Positions 26,374 to 36,826 are shown, counted from the first letter of the stretch. The stretch is 64,000 nt of DNA from Parcubacteria bacterium C7867-006 (GCA_001189155.1 LFCP01000001.1:23160-87159); one strand, 5' to 3'. Numbers and translations: made by a program. Notes: generated by a model from the sequence alone, not told the origin.

Positions 26374-28167
26374 TTGAATACTACGGCATGCTATAATTTA
26401 AAAACAAATTTCTCTATGCACATTGAAGAATCACAATTAAAGAATTTTATTCTTGATTCAGGCCTTGTCTCACGCGCTGATTTAGAGTCTGCAGAAAAAG
26501 AAGCAAAAGAAACTGCCGGCAATCTTGGGAAAATTCTTGTAAATAAAGGAAAACTAACGGAGGATGATCTGCGAAGAATGCAAGCTTATATTCTCGGGAT
26601 ACCATTCGTAGATTTGAAAGGCGAGAAACTGCCTTTTGATGTACTTTCTCTTATTCCAGAACCAATTGCTAGAAACCACAACATTGTAGCTTTCAAAAAA
26701 ACTAGTGACACACTAGAGGTTGCTATGCTTGATACAGAGGATCTAACAGCTATTGATTTCGTAAAGAAAAAAGTAGGCTTGAAAATTCTTCCTCGTCTTA
26801 CAGATGCTGATTCAATGAAAAGTGCTATTTTGCAATATCAAAAAAGTTTGAAAGCAGAGTTTGGTGATTTGATTGCAGAAGATGTTGGTCAAATAAAAAG
26901 TATCCCAGATGATAAACTAGATGATTTGAATGAATCCGATCTAAAAAAGTTGGCTGATGATGTGCCGATGATTCGTATAGTAGACACTCTTTTAAAGCAT
27001 GCTATTTTACAAAATGCATCAGATATTCATATCGAGCCACAAGAAACTCAGCTTTTAGTTAGATATAGGATAGATGGACTTTTGCACGATGCTATGATTT
27101 TGCCAAAAAATATGGCTCCTAGTATAGCCGCCCGTATAAAAGTTCTTTCCGGTTTGAAACTAGATGAAAAAAGATTACCTCAGGATGGAAGATTTAAAAT
27201 TGACTCTGATGGAGAAAAAGTTTCTTTCCGTGTTTCTACGTTACCAACATACTATGGAGAGAAAATTGTAATGCGTCTTTTGAGAGATGCTGTTTCAGGA
27301 TTTACTTTGGAGGGTTTGGCTTTTCATGGTTCAGGTCTTGAGAGAATTCACACAGCTTTGAAATCTACAACAGGAATGATTCTAGCTACTGGTCCAACTG
27401 GTTCTGGAAAAACAACCACTCTTTATACTATTTTGGATATTTTAAATACTCCAGACGTAAATATTTCTACTATTGAAGATCCTATTGAGTACCAAATGAA
27501 AAGAATCAATCAAACTCAAGTCAGACCAGAGATAGGTTTCTCTTTTGTATCTGGACTTAGAACTTTAGTTCGTCAGGACCCAGATATTATTATGGTTGGT
27601 GAAATTCGAGATAACGAAACAGCTTCTTTGGCTGTTAACGCTTCTCTTACTGGTCACGTTGTGCTTTCTACTCTTCACACAAACTCTGCTGCTGGAGCCG
27701 TACCAAGACTTATAGATATGAAGGTAGAACCTTTTCTTATCGTTTCCACGGTAAATATAATAGTAGGACAGAGACTTGTGAGAAAATTAACAGATCAAAA
27801 AGAAAAATACTTTTTAACAAAGGCAGAAATAAACACTCTCGGTAAGTCAATTAATCTAGATAAAGTTTTGAATGCATTGAAAGAAGAAAAAGTTGTTGGA
27901 AAGTCAGACGACTGGGAAAAAATTCCATTTTGGAGAGTTAAAGAAGGAGTCTCTCCTTCAGAGGGTTTTTCTGGAAGAGCTGGTATTCATGAGATTTTGA
28001 AAGTTTCTCCGGCAATTAAAGAAGCTATTTTGAAATCTGGAAATGCTGATGAGATTCAAAAAATTGCAGAACAGGAGGGTATGCTAACTATGTTTGAGGA
28101 CGGTATTTTCCAAGCAGTACAAGGTAACACAACAATAGAGGAGGTATTAAGAGTAATATCAGAGTAA
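26374..28167 (+). CDS. pilB: Type IV pilus assembly ATPase PilB (GspE family)
   Basis: T2SE N-terminal domains and Walker A GPTGSGKTTTL; 597 aa. An alternative start at 26416 is possible. Confidence 0.85.
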   Translation: MNTTACYNLKTNFSMHIEESQLKNFILDSGLVSRADLESAEKEAKETAGNLGKILVNKGKLTEDDLRRMQAYILGIPFVDLKGEKLPFDVLSLIPEPIARNHNIVAFKKTSDTLEVAMLDTEDLTAIDFVKKKVGLKILPRLTDADSMKSAILQYQKSLKAEFGDLIAEDVGQIKSIPDDKLDDLNESDLKKLADDVPMIRIVDTLLKHAILQNASDIHIEPQETQLLVRYRIDGLLHDAMILPKNMAPSIAARIKVLSGLKLDEKRLPQDGRFKIDSDGEKVSFRVSTLPTYYGEKIVMRLLRDAVSGFTLEGLAFHGSGLERIHTALKSTTGMILATGPTGSGKTTTLYTILDILNTPDVNISTIEDPIEYQMKRINQTQVRPEIGFSFVSGLRTLVRQDPDIIMVGEIRDNETASLAVNASLTGHVVLSTLHTNSAAGAVPRLIDMKVEPFLIVSTVNIIVGQRLVRKLTDQKEKYFLTKAEINTLGKSINLDKVLNALKEEKVVGKSDDWEKIPFWRVKEGVSPSEGFSGRAGIHEILKVSPAIKEAILKSGNADEIQKIAEQEGMLTMFEDGIFQAVQGNTTIEEVLRVISE

Positions 28168-28171
28168 TAAT

Positions 28172-29389
28172 ATGCCAATATTTAAATACAAAATTTTAAC
28201 TCCAGCTGGAAGTTCGAAAGAGGGGACAGTGGATGCAAAGGATAAATTCTCTCTTTATCACTCCATAAAACAGGATGGAAGTACTGTTATATATGCAGAG
28301 GAAGTTAAAAAGGGGGGATTATCTCTCAACAATATTAAACTTCCTTTTTTGGGTGGAGTGAAAATGCACGAGAAAATTGTTTTTGCAAAAAATATGTCAA
28401 AAATGATTGATGCAGGTCTTCCCATGACAAGAGCTCTGACTATCATGGAAAAAGAATCTAAAGGAGATTTGAAAAGTATTTTGAATAATCTTAATGATTC
28501 TCTGTCCAAAGGAAACACTTTAAGTGATGCTATGAAAAACTATCCAGATGTGTTTTCTACTTTATTTGTTTCTATGGTTAGGGCTGGAGAAGAATCAGGT
28601 AATCTTTCTTTAGCTTTGCAAAATGTTAGTTTACAGATGGAAAAATCCTATCAGTTGAATAAGAAAATTAGAGGAGCTTTGATGTATCCAACAATCATTT
28701 TGATTTTAATGGTTGCTATCGGTATTTTGATGATGATTTATATGGTTCCAACTCTTACTTCGACATTTACCGGACTTGGATTAAAACTTCCTCTTTCAAC
28801 AAGGCTTATAATTGGAACTAGTAATTTTTTGGTTTCTTACTTTTTGTTTGTTTTAGCTGGACTTATTGTTTTAATTGCTGGTTTGGTTTTTGCTTTTAGA
28901 ACAGCTAGAGGGCAAAGATTTCTTGATTATTTTATTTTGCACGTTCCGGTTATAAAAGAAATGGTTAAGCAGATTAACTCCGCTAGAACTACTAGAACAT
29001 TATCATCTCTTGTGACTTCTGGAGTAGATATCGTTGTAGCTATAGATGTTACAAAGGATGTTTTACAGAACTCTTATTACAAAGAAGTTCTGGATGAAAT
29101 AAAAGTTGTTATTCAAAAAGGAGGTTCAGTTTCATCAGTTTTCTCATCTCACTCAAATCTTTATCCAACATTCGTTTCAGAGATGGCTTCTGTTGGAGAG
29201 GAAACTGGAAAAATTGGCGATATGCTTTTGAGTGCCGCTATGTTTTATGAAGAGGAGATAGACCAAAAGACAAAAGATCTATCTTCTGTTATAGAACCAT
29301 TCCTAATGATATTTATAGGTTTGGCTGTTGGATTTTTTGCTATTTCAATAATAAGTCCTATTTATTCTATAGGAGACAGTATTCAATAA
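28172..29389 (+). CDS. pilC: Type IV pilus platform protein PilC (GspF family)
   Basis: Two T2SSF domains with three TM segments. Confidence 0.85.
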   Translation: MPIFKYKILTPAGSSKEGTVDAKDKFSLYHSIKQDGSTVIYAEEVKKGGLSLNNIKLPFLGGVKMHEKIVFAKNMSKMIDAGLPMTRALTIMEKESKGDLKSILNNLNDSLSKGNTLSDAMKNYPDVFSTLFVSMVRAGEESGNLSLALQNVSLQMEKSYQLNKKIRGALMYPTIILILMVAIGILMMIYMVPTLTSTFTGLGLKLPLSTRLIIGTSNFLVSYFLFVLAGLIVLIAGLVFAFRTARGQRFLDYFILHVPVIKEMVKQINSARTTRTLSSLVTSGVDIVVAIDVTKDVLQNSYYKEVLDEIKVVIQKGGSVSSVFSSHSNLYPTFVSEMASVGEETGKIGDMLLSAAMFYEEEIDQKTKDLSSVIEPFLMIFIGLAVGFFAISIISPIYSIGDSIQ

Positions 29390-29391
29390 TT

Positions 29392-29856
29392 ATGAATATA
29401 AAATACAAATTAGGTATTACTCTGGCAGAACTATTGGTAGTTCTGGGAATAATGTCTTTGCTCGTCACTATATTTATGGGAACTTTTATAAGTTTTAGAA
29501 GAAATCAGGCTTTAGTTATGGATACAGATACTGTAGTTAGTTTACTCAGACAAGCCAGAAACCAAACTTTGTCGTCAAAAAACTCTATGTCGTATGGCGT
29601 TCATTTTACTGCTCCGAAAGTCACAATTTTTACTGGACCAACATATGATGCAAACGCGGTAGATAATCAAGATTTTGTTTTAAGTTCCACCGATACTGTT
29701 CTGGCGATTAGTTTAAATGGTGGTGGAAGTGATGTCGTTTTTAATCGTTTGACCGGTGAGACTTCACAAGATGGGACAGTCGTCATATCTTCTACTGGAA
29801 TATCACAAACAAAAACTGTTACAATATATAAAACAGGATTGGTTCAGTCTCAATAA
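29392..29856 (+). CDS. Prepilin-type N-terminal cleavage/methylation domain pilin
   Basis: KLGITLAELLVVLGIM class III signal (G|xTLxE). Confidence 0.75.
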   Translation: MNIKYKLGITLAELLVVLGIMSLLVTIFMGTFISFRRNQALVMDTDTVVSLLRQARNQTLSSKNSMSYGVHFTAPKVTIFTGPTYDANAVDNQDFVLSSTDTVLAISLNGGGSDVVFNRLTGETSQDGTVVISSTGISQTKTVTIYKTGLVQSQ

Positions 29857-29861
29857 TAAAT

Positions 29862-30332
29862 ATGAAAAAAACAAAAGGCATGGCCTTGGTTGAAATCATA
29901 ATAGGTTCAGCAATCATCTCAGTAGGAATACTGGCAGCTATAACTTCTTATAATACTTATATAAATTACGCCCTAGCGAATAATAAAAACATTCAAGCTT
30001 CATATATCTTGGAAGAGGGCTTGGAGGTTATGACTTTTTTTAGAGATGTGTCTTGGACAAATATATCGGGTTTAAGTACAACAACTACTTATCATTTAGT
30101 TTTCAATGGTGTTTCTTGGGCTACCACGACAACACCAGAGTATGTTGACGGAGAATTTTTAAGAAGTATTACTGTTTCAGATGTGAAAAGGAATGGTAGC
30201 GACCAGATAGATATTTCTGGGGTTTACGATCCAAATATTAAAATGATTACTACTACAGTTGATTATTCACAAGGTCACACAACAACAACAAAGTCTATTT
30301 CAACTTATATAACAAATATAAATGCAAATTAA
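29862..30332 (+). CDS. Prepilin-like pseudopilin
   Basis: KGMALVEIIIGSAIISVGILA N-terminal methylation-motif-like segment. Confidence 0.65.
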   Translation: MKKTKGMALVEIIIGSAIISVGILAAITSYNTYINYALANNKNIQASYILEEGLEVMTFFRDVSWTNISGLSTTTTYHLVFNGVSWATTTTPEYVDGEFLRSITVSDVKRNGSDQIDISGVYDPNIKMITTTVDYSQGHTTTTKSISTYITNINAN

Positions 30333-30834
30333 AAATAAAAAATCTGGTTATACATTGGTAGAGATGGTCATTTATGTGGCTGTAATGTCTATTGTATTTT
30401 TACTTATAGTAAATACAGTTTTATCTTTCACTAAATCTTATAAAGGTATTTACGTTTTAAGAATTGTAGATGGCTCTGCGGTAGATGCGATGGAAAGAAT
30501 GACTCGAGAAATAAGGGGAGCTACTAGTGTAGATACTGTGAACAGTACATTTGGCTCTAATCCTGGAGTTCTAACTTTAGTTTCTGTATCGAGCAGTAAC
30601 TCCACAACAACTAAGTTTTATTTAGATAATGGAGTTTTAAAGGTTGATATTAATGGAGTTTATTCCGGTCCTTTAAGTGGGGTTGGGGTTAGTGTTGATA
30701 GTCTAATCTTTACAAAACTCGATAGTGGTATATCGACAGCTATAAAAATAGATATGATTGTTCGTGGTACAGCTGGACAGACAACTAGGACAAAAAATTA
30801 TCATACAACCATATTATTAAAAATATTTAATTAA
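30322..30834 (+). CDS. Prepilin-like pseudopilin
   Basis: SGYTLVEMVIYVAVMSIVFLL prepilin N-terminus. Confidence 0.65.
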   Translation: MQIKNKKSGYTLVEMVIYVAVMSIVFLLIVNTVLSFTKSYKGIYVLRIVDGSAVDAMERMTREIRGATSVDTVNSTFGSNPGVLTLVSVSSSNSTTTKFYLDNGVLKVDINGVYSGPLSGVGVSVDSLIFTKLDSGISTAIKIDMIVRGTAGQTTRTKNYHTTILLKIFN

Positions 30835-30838
30835 AAAT

Positions 30839-32122
30839 ATGACTAACAATAAAATTAGAACTGATGGTGGCGCTGCTATGCTTATCGCAGTTATATTTTT
30901 TCTATTTGCAACGATGACTATTATTTTGGGAGTAGCGAGTCCGGTACTAAAACAGGCTGCTGTTTCAAAAAATATAATTACCTCTAAAGGGAGTTATTAT
31001 TCTGCAGAGTCTTCTGTTGAAGATATTTTATATAGGTTAAAAAATGGAAAACAAGTTTCTGCTACAGAGTCTCTGTCTTTAAATGGGGGAACAGTAATTA
31101 CTGATGTAACAGATACTGGAAATGGAAAGAAACTGGTTTCTAATGGTGTAATCTCAAGTTTGAACAGAAAAGTACAAACGATTGTATCTTTCGGTACCGG
31201 AGTAGCATTCTTTTACGGTGTACAAGCTGGACAAGGAGGATTCGATCTTCAAAATAGTTCTTCTATTGTTGGTAATGTATATTCTGGCGGTCCAATAACT
31301 GGTAGTGGGAATATTATCTACGGAGATGTAGTTTCATCTGGCCCAAGTGGTATTATAGATGGCATTCATGCAACAGGCACTGCTTATTCTCACACAATAC
31401 AAAATTCAACCATAGATAAAGATGCTCACTATGTAACAAAAACTAGTACTACTGTCGGGGGAGTCTCCTATCCTAATAGTCCAGATTTGCCAGATGCACC
31501 ACTTCCTATTTCAGACGCTCAGATTTCAACATGGGAATCTGATGCTACTACTGGCGGAACCGCAACCTGTTCTGGTGGCACATATACAATAAGTTCAAGT
31601 AGATCAATTGGACCAATTAAAATTCCTTGTGATTTGTCTATTAGCGGAAACACAACTTTGACTTTAAATGGAGCTGTTTGGGTTACAGGCAATATAACTG
31701 TACAAAACAGTGTCATAATAAAAGTTTCTCCAAGTTTTGGTAATAAAAGTGTTATGATGATTGCTGACAATCCATCGAACAGAAGCTCAAGTAGTAAGAT
31801 TTCTCTACAAAACAGCAGTTCATTCCAGAATTCCGGCACAGCTGGCTCTTTCGTGTTAATGATAGCTATGAATAATAGTGGTGAAAACGGTGGAGGAACA
31901 GCTGCTATTGAAAACGCAAATAGTGCCGGAGGAGCTGTTGTTTTATATGCACCACACGGACTAATCACTCTTCAAAATAGCATTAATGTGAAAGAAGTTA
32001 CAGCTTATAGAATAACCCTACAAAACTCTGCACAAGTTAAGTACGATACGGGTTTACCAAGCTCACTTTTTGATAGTGGTCCTGGGGGAGGATACACTAT
32101 AACTGACTGGAGAGAGATTTAA
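30839..32122 (+). CDS. Large pilus-associated protein (putative minor pilin / tip adhesin) with Gly/Ser/Thr-rich beta-helix-like repeats
   Basis: N-terminal hydrophobic pilin-like helix, then repetitive GxxxSG/NxS motifs; 427 aa. Confidence 0.45.
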   Translation: MTNNKIRTDGGAAMLIAVIFFLFATMTIILGVASPVLKQAAVSKNIITSKGSYYSAESSVEDILYRLKNGKQVSATESLSLNGGTVITDVTDTGNGKKLVSNGVISSLNRKVQTIVSFGTGVAFFYGVQAGQGGFDLQNSSSIVGNVYSGGPITGSGNIIYGDVVSSGPSGIIDGIHATGTAYSHTIQNSTIDKDAHYVTKTSTTVGGVSYPNSPDLPDAPLPISDAQISTWESDATTGGTATCSGGTYTISSSRSIGPIKIPCDLSISGNTTLTLNGAVWVTGNITVQNSVIIKVSPSFGNKSVMMIADNPSNRSSSSKISLQNSSSFQNSGTAGSFVLMIAMNNSGENGGGTAAIENANSAGGAVVLYAPHGLITLQNSINVKEVTAYRITLQNSAQVKYDTGLPSSLFDSGPGGGYTITDWREI

Positions 32123-32165
32123 TAAAACTTTCCTTTTATCCGTCTAAATCTGATATAATCGGGTT

Positions 32166-32924
32166 ATGAAAAAAGTAAAGAAACTTGTTGTTGGGAACTG
32201 GAAGATGAACCCGGTTAGTCTAGAGGAGGCCAGAAAAATTGTTGGTACGGTTAAAAGAAATATGAAAAATATAAAGAGGACAGAGGTTGTTTTTTGTCCT
32301 CCATTTGTATATCTATCTCCATTATCAAAAGCAATGAAGGGCAGTTTGTCTTTAGGAGCACAGGATGCTAACAGTGAAACTGCAGGACCTTTTACAGGTG
32401 AGGTGGGGCATCTCCAGTTGCCACAGTTTGGTGTTAAGTATGTAATCGTCGGTCACTCAGAGAGAAGAAACATGGGGGAGACTGATGAAATTGTAAACAA
32501 AAAAGTTCAATCTGTTACTTCTTTAGGTATGACCGCTATAGTTTGTGTTGGGGAGTCTTCAAGGGACGCAAATGGAGAGTATTTGGATTTTGTAAAACAA
32601 CAAATATTGAAAGCTTTAAAAGATGTTCCTAAAAAATCTTTTGAAAATATTGTTATTGCATATGAGCCAATATGGGCAATTGGAGCAAAGCAAGCAATGA
32701 CATCATTGGATCTGCACGAAATGTCTATTTTTATAAAAAAAGTTTTGAAAGATAGTTACAGTATTGCCTCTGATGGAGTTAGAATTATCTATGGCGGTTC
32801 TGTTGATAGAGTAAATGCTAGTTCTTTAGTGAAAGAGGGTAATGTTTCAGGTCTTTTGGTTGGACGACAAAGTTTGGAATCAAAAGATTTTGTTGAGATT
32901 ATTAATTTAGTTGATGCACAGTAA
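32166..32924 (+). CDS. tpiA: Triosephosphate isomerase
   Basis: VVGNWKMN, GHSERR and AYEPIWAIG motifs. Confidence 0.9.
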   Translation: MKKVKKLVVGNWKMNPVSLEEARKIVGTVKRNMKNIKRTEVVFCPPFVYLSPLSKAMKGSLSLGAQDANSETAGPFTGEVGHLQLPQFGVKYVIVGHSERRNMGETDEIVNKKVQSVTSLGMTAIVCVGESSRDANGEYLDFVKQQILKALKDVPKKSFENIVIAYEPIWAIGAKQAMTSLDLHEMSIFIKKVLKDSYSIASDGVRIIYGGSVDRVNASSLVKEGNVSGLLVGRQSLESKDFVEIINLVDAQ

Positions 32925-32934
32925 ATAATTCTTT

Positions 32935-34074
32935 ATGAAATACATTGATGAATTAAAGGGTGACGATCTGAAAGGTAAGTATGTTTTACTTAGACTTGAT
33001 TTGAATGTTCCTGTGTCTAACGGACAAGTTGTTAATGCATATAGAATAGACAGAGCAATTCCAACTATAGATTATTTGAGAGAGCATGGGGCCAAAGTGA
33101 TTATAATCGCTCATACTGAAAGCGATGCAAATATGACTCTTGTTCCGGTTGCGCAGTATTTAAGTGGTTTTTTTAAAATTGATTTTTGTCAGACCTACTT
33201 TAATCCAATAGCTATAGATAAAATATCAAAACTAGAAGATAGAGGTGTTTTGCTTTTTGAAAATCTCAGAATAAATCCAGAAGAAAAAGAAAACAATATA
33301 GAATTTGCAAAAAAATTAGCTCAAATGGCAGATATCTACGTTGATGATGCTTTTGGTGCAATGCACAGAAAGCACGCTTCCATTATAGGAGTCCCGGAGT
33401 TTCTTCCTCATTATGGTGGTTTGCTTTTGAAACAGGAGATTGAAAATCTATCAAAAGTTTTTTCTCCAAAGAAACCATTTCTATTTATTGTTGGTGGAGT
33501 GAAGTTCAGCACAAAACTACCTTTAATTAAAAAATATTTAGATAAGGCCGATTATGTTTTTATTGTTGGAGCTTTAGCTAACGGGATTTTTAAGGAGAAG
33601 GGTTTCACTTTGGGAACATCGCTATCTATTGATGGAGATTTTGGCATTAAAGAATTAATGAATAAGGATAATTTTTTGTATCCTATTGATGTAACAGTTC
33701 AAAAATCAGATGGATCTTTTGAATTCAGAAATCCAGATGAAATAGGTAACGACGAATATATCGGAGATCTTGGTCCAAAAACTATGGAAAAATTAAAGGA
33801 ATTGATTGGTATTTCAAAAACTGTCGTTTGGAATGGACCTTTGGGTGATTTTGAAAAAGGTTTCAAGGATAAGACAGAACAATTAGCAGAGGTTATTATG
33901 AAAGCTACAGAAGAAGGAAAGATAGAGAGTATTGTTGGTGGAGGTGATACTTTGGCTTCAATAAATATAAATGAGTTTGAGCATGGGTTTACTTTTGTCT
34001 CTACTGGTGGTGGAGCAATGCTTGATTATCTTGTCAACGAAACACTACCCGGCATAGAAGCATTAAATAAATAA
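32935..34074 (+). CDS. pgk: Phosphoglycerate kinase
   Basis: LLRLDLNVP N-terminal motif and GGGDTLA...STGGGAML C-terminal motif. Confidence 0.9.
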   Translation: MKYIDELKGDDLKGKYVLLRLDLNVPVSNGQVVNAYRIDRAIPTIDYLREHGAKVIIIAHTESDANMTLVPVAQYLSGFFKIDFCQTYFNPIAIDKISKLEDRGVLLFENLRINPEEKENNIEFAKKLAQMADIYVDDAFGAMHRKHASIIGVPEFLPHYGGLLLKQEIENLSKVFSPKKPFLFIVGGVKFSTKLPLIKKYLDKADYVFIVGALANGIFKEKGFTLGTSLSIDGDFGIKELMNKDNFLYPIDVTVQKSDGSFEFRNPDEIGNDEYIGDLGPKTMEKLKELIGISKTVVWNGPLGDFEKGFKDKTEQLAEVIMKATEEGKIESIVGGGDTLASININEFEHGFTFVSTGGGAMLDYLVNETLPGIEALNK

Positions 34075-34076
34075 AA

Positions 34077-34100
34077 TAAAACCGCCAATTGGCGGTTTTA
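34077..34100. terminator. Bidirectional intrinsic terminator shared by pgk and the HIT gene
   Basis: aaaaccgccaattggcggtttta. Confidence 0.75.
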
Positions 34101-34102
34101 TT

Positions 34103-34471
34103 TTATATAAACTCTTTTATCTTTTTTAAATTCTCTTCAAAATCTTTTGGATTGCCGGAGACTTCTTTGTTTGGAAACACCCATATATGAGCGTGGGGGA
34201 CTTCGTCTCCTATTATTCTAGATAATATAAAATCAGTATTAAAAGCTGATCGGAGAGCTAGAGCCACTTTTTTTGCTACTTCAAAATACTCTCCAGTGTT
34301 ATCAGTGTCCCAAACCCATCGAACGTGCTTCTTTGGGATTATTTGAGTATGTCCAGGGGATTGGGGGTTGATGTCTAGAAAAGCTAGATAATTATCATCC
34401 TCATATACTTTATATGAGGGTATTTCTCCAGCTACTATTTTGCAAAATATACAGTTTTCCATGGACTTCAT
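34103..34471 (-). CDS. HIT-family nucleotide hydrolase
   Basis: HIT motif HAHIWVFP and a CxxC N-terminus. Confidence 0.7.
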   Translation of the reverse strand: MKSMENCIFCKIVAGEIPSYKVYEDDNYLAFLDINPQSPGHTQIIPKKHVRWVWDTDNTGEYFEVAKKVALALRSAFNTDFILSRIIGDEVPHAHIWVFPNKEVSGNPKDFEENLKKIKEFI

Positions 34472-34485
34472 TATATCAAATGATG

Positions 34486-34628
34486 AGGTTTTTGTTTTTC
34501 CAGACCGCTCACTCCGCCAGCGCTTTGTTCGCTTAGTCCTCGGTTGAAATCTGTCAATGAGCCTTGCGGACGTTGACAGAACCAGCTTTCAACCTGCAGG
34601 GTCTTTCAAAACAAAAACCTCATCATTT
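34486..34628. ncRNA. Candidate structured RNA: about 140-nt nested perfect hairpin in the HIT/recJ divergent region
   Basis: Outer 18-20-bp stem tgatgaggtttttgtttt / aaaacaaaaacctcatca. Inner stems AGACC/GGUCU, GGUUGAAA/UUUCAACC and CUGUCAA/UUGACAG. GC-rich core. Confidence 0.3.
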
Positions 34629-34648
34629 GGTTGTGGTAAACTGTTTCT

Positions 34649-36391
34649 ATGTCAAAAAAGTACGCCTTGCGGGAGCCTATTCCAGAAAAGATAGATAAAT
34701 TATTTGAAGCTTATTCTCCTTTAGTCAGGTCACTTCTATACTCTAGAGGGATAGAAGATTTAGAGAATGCAGAAAGTTTTCTGAATCCAAAATACGAAAG
34801 TCTGCATAATCCTTTTCTTTTGAAAAACATGGATAAAGCGACGGAAAGAATTTTGAAAGCAATAAAAGAAAATGAAAAAATTGCCATATTCAGTGACTAT
34901 GATGCAGACGGTATTCCTGGGGGAGTAACGCTGCACGACTTTTTCAAAAAAATAGGTTACAACAATTTTATAAACTACATACCTCTCCGAAATGAAGAAG
35001 GGTTTGGACTAAACCATACAGCTATAGATAACATTGCATCACAAGATGTAAAATTGGTTATCACAATAGACTGTGGTATCACAGATGTTGAACAAGTAGA
35101 GACTGCGAACAAACATGGAATGGATGTGATCATCACCGATCACCACATTCCTGGAAAGAAACTTCCAAAAGCTTTTGCAATAATTAATCCAAAACAAAAT
35201 GGATGTGATTATCCAGAGAAAATGTTGCGTGGATCTGGAGTTGTTTTCAAAGTTATTCAGGCACTAATAATAAAAGGAAAAGAGGAAAAAGTTTTTGATT
35301 GGAAAGATGGGCAAGAGAAATGGTTTTTGGATATGGTTGGGCTTGCTACGCTTTCTGACATGGTGCCACTTTTAGGAGAGAATAGAATACTTTCATATTT
35401 TGGAATGAAAGTTTTACAGAGGACCCCGCGAGTTGGGCTTTTGAAACTATTATCCTTACTCAAGATAAACCAGGTAACACTTACAGAGGATGATATTGGT
35501 TTTATGGTTACTCCTCGTATAAATGCAGCCTCACGAATGGGTATACCACTTGATGCATTTAAACTTTTGTCTACAACAGACGAGGTTGAGGCGGGAATGC
35601 TGGCAGAACATTTGAATAATAAAAATGACGAGAGAAAAGGTGTGGTGGGGAGTATGATAAAGGAGGTTAAAAAAAGAATTGAAAATAGTGATACTGAGAT
35701 GAAGCATGTGCTCGTGTTTGGAAATCCAGAATGGAAACCGTCATTACTTGGTTTGGTTGCAAACAGTTTTGGTGATGAGCACAATCGACCAGTTTTCTTT
35801 TGGGGTAGGAATGGAGAGACAGAAGGTGATGGGATAATAAAAGGATCTTGTAGAGCTGGCGGAGATACAGATATAGTAAAACTAATGGAGAAAGCCAGTA
35901 CAATTTCTCCGGATATTTTTGTCGACTATGGGGGACACAAGGGAGCTGGAGGGTTCTCTATTTTGCAGGACAATATTCATACACTCGAAGACAGATTGAA
36001 CAAGGCTTTTGTAGAACTCTTGAATGAGCACAAAATTATAGAAGACACTCTACTAGACAAAAAGCTTTCAATCGATGACGTTAATTGGAATACATACAGC
36101 TCTGTCGAAAAGTTTGCACCATTTGGATTGGATAATCCCAAGCCACTATTTCTATTTGAAAACATAACTGTTTCGGCAATGAAATTGTTTGGTAAAGAAA
36201 AAAATCATCTAGAATTAAAATTTAAAAATTCAAATAGTAAGGATGTTACTGCAATAGCATTTTTTCAAAATGGAGACAGATTCGCTGTTCCAGTAAAAGA
36301 AGGAAGCAGTATAAATCTTGTAGCCACTTTGGAAAAATCCACTTTCCGAAACTTCCCAGAACTCCGTCTCAGAATAGTGGATGTGTTTTAG
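34649..36391 (+). CDS. recJ: Single-stranded-DNA-specific exonuclease RecJ
   Basis: DHH motifs (DYDADGI, DHH) and a DHHA1 domain; 580 aa. Confidence 0.85.
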   Translation: MSKKYALREPIPEKIDKLFEAYSPLVRSLLYSRGIEDLENAESFLNPKYESLHNPFLLKNMDKATERILKAIKENEKIAIFSDYDADGIPGGVTLHDFFKKIGYNNFINYIPLRNEEGFGLNHTAIDNIASQDVKLVITIDCGITDVEQVETANKHGMDVIITDHHIPGKKLPKAFAIINPKQNGCDYPEKMLRGSGVVFKVIQALIIKGKEEKVFDWKDGQEKWFLDMVGLATLSDMVPLLGENRILSYFGMKVLQRTPRVGLLKLLSLLKINQVTLTEDDIGFMVTPRINAASRMGIPLDAFKLLSTTDEVEAGMLAEHLNNKNDERKGVVGSMIKEVKKRIENSDTEMKHVLVFGNPEWKPSLLGLVANSFGDEHNRPVFFWGRNGETEGDGIIKGSCRAGGDTDIVKLMEKASTISPDIFVDYGGHKGAGGFSILQDNIHTLEDRLNKAFVELLNEHKIIEDTLLDKKLSIDDVNWNTYSSVEKFAPFGLDNPKPLFLFENITVSAMKLFGKEKNHLELKFKNSNSKDVTAIAFFQNGDRFAVPVKEGSSINLVATLEKSTFRNFPELRLRIVDVF

Positions 36392-36395
36392 AAAT

Positions 36396-36424
36396 TTGAC
36401 ATTAATAATATTTACTACATAATC
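36396..36424 (+). promoter_or_regulatory. Near-consensus sigma70 promoter driving cassette C
   Basis: TTGACA, 17-nt spacer, (c)ATAAT(c), directly abutting the AGGAGG SD. Confidence 0.5.
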
Positions 36425-36460
36425 AATTTCTGATCCCAATATTGGGGAAAGGAGGCCAGA

Positions 36461-36826
36461 TTGAAGGTTGTGTACACAGCGCAAATGCCATTCATGAGAG
36501 ATGGGCGTCCTGTTGGTGCGCGTTTCGAGACTGAGGATGACTTTATCCCTGATTTCGAAATGGAAATCAAGCCAACAGACGACGTAACTCTCTACGTTGA
36601 GAGTCGATCGTACAACCCGCATGACAAGTCGGTCTGCATCGAACTCACATTCCTCAACCCCTTCGATGAAGAAGACGAAGGCGCAACAGATCTCGATTCA
36701 CGAGAGCTGGCGCAGATCGAGATGGCACTCGAGCAGTTGATCGCGAATGGTTGGTTACCCATCAACGATGATGACCTCATTCGTTCTGATGGTGAGTTGC
36801 CGAAGCGCAGGGAGTCGACTCACTAA
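36461..36826 (+). CDS. Acidic protein (about 121 aa, roughly 23% Asp+Glu) of unknown function in GC-rich mini-cassette C
   Basis: AGGAGG SD 6 nt before a TTG start (alternative ATG at 36485). About 55% GC. Terminator ggtcggcac-ttcg-gtgccgacc at 36851-36880. Confidence 0.5.
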   Translation: MKVVYTAQMPFMRDGRPVGARFETEDDFIPDFEMEIKPTDDVTLYVESRSYNPHDKSVCIELTFLNPFDEEDEGATDLDSRELAQIEMALEQLIANGWLPINDDDLIRSDGELPKRRESTH

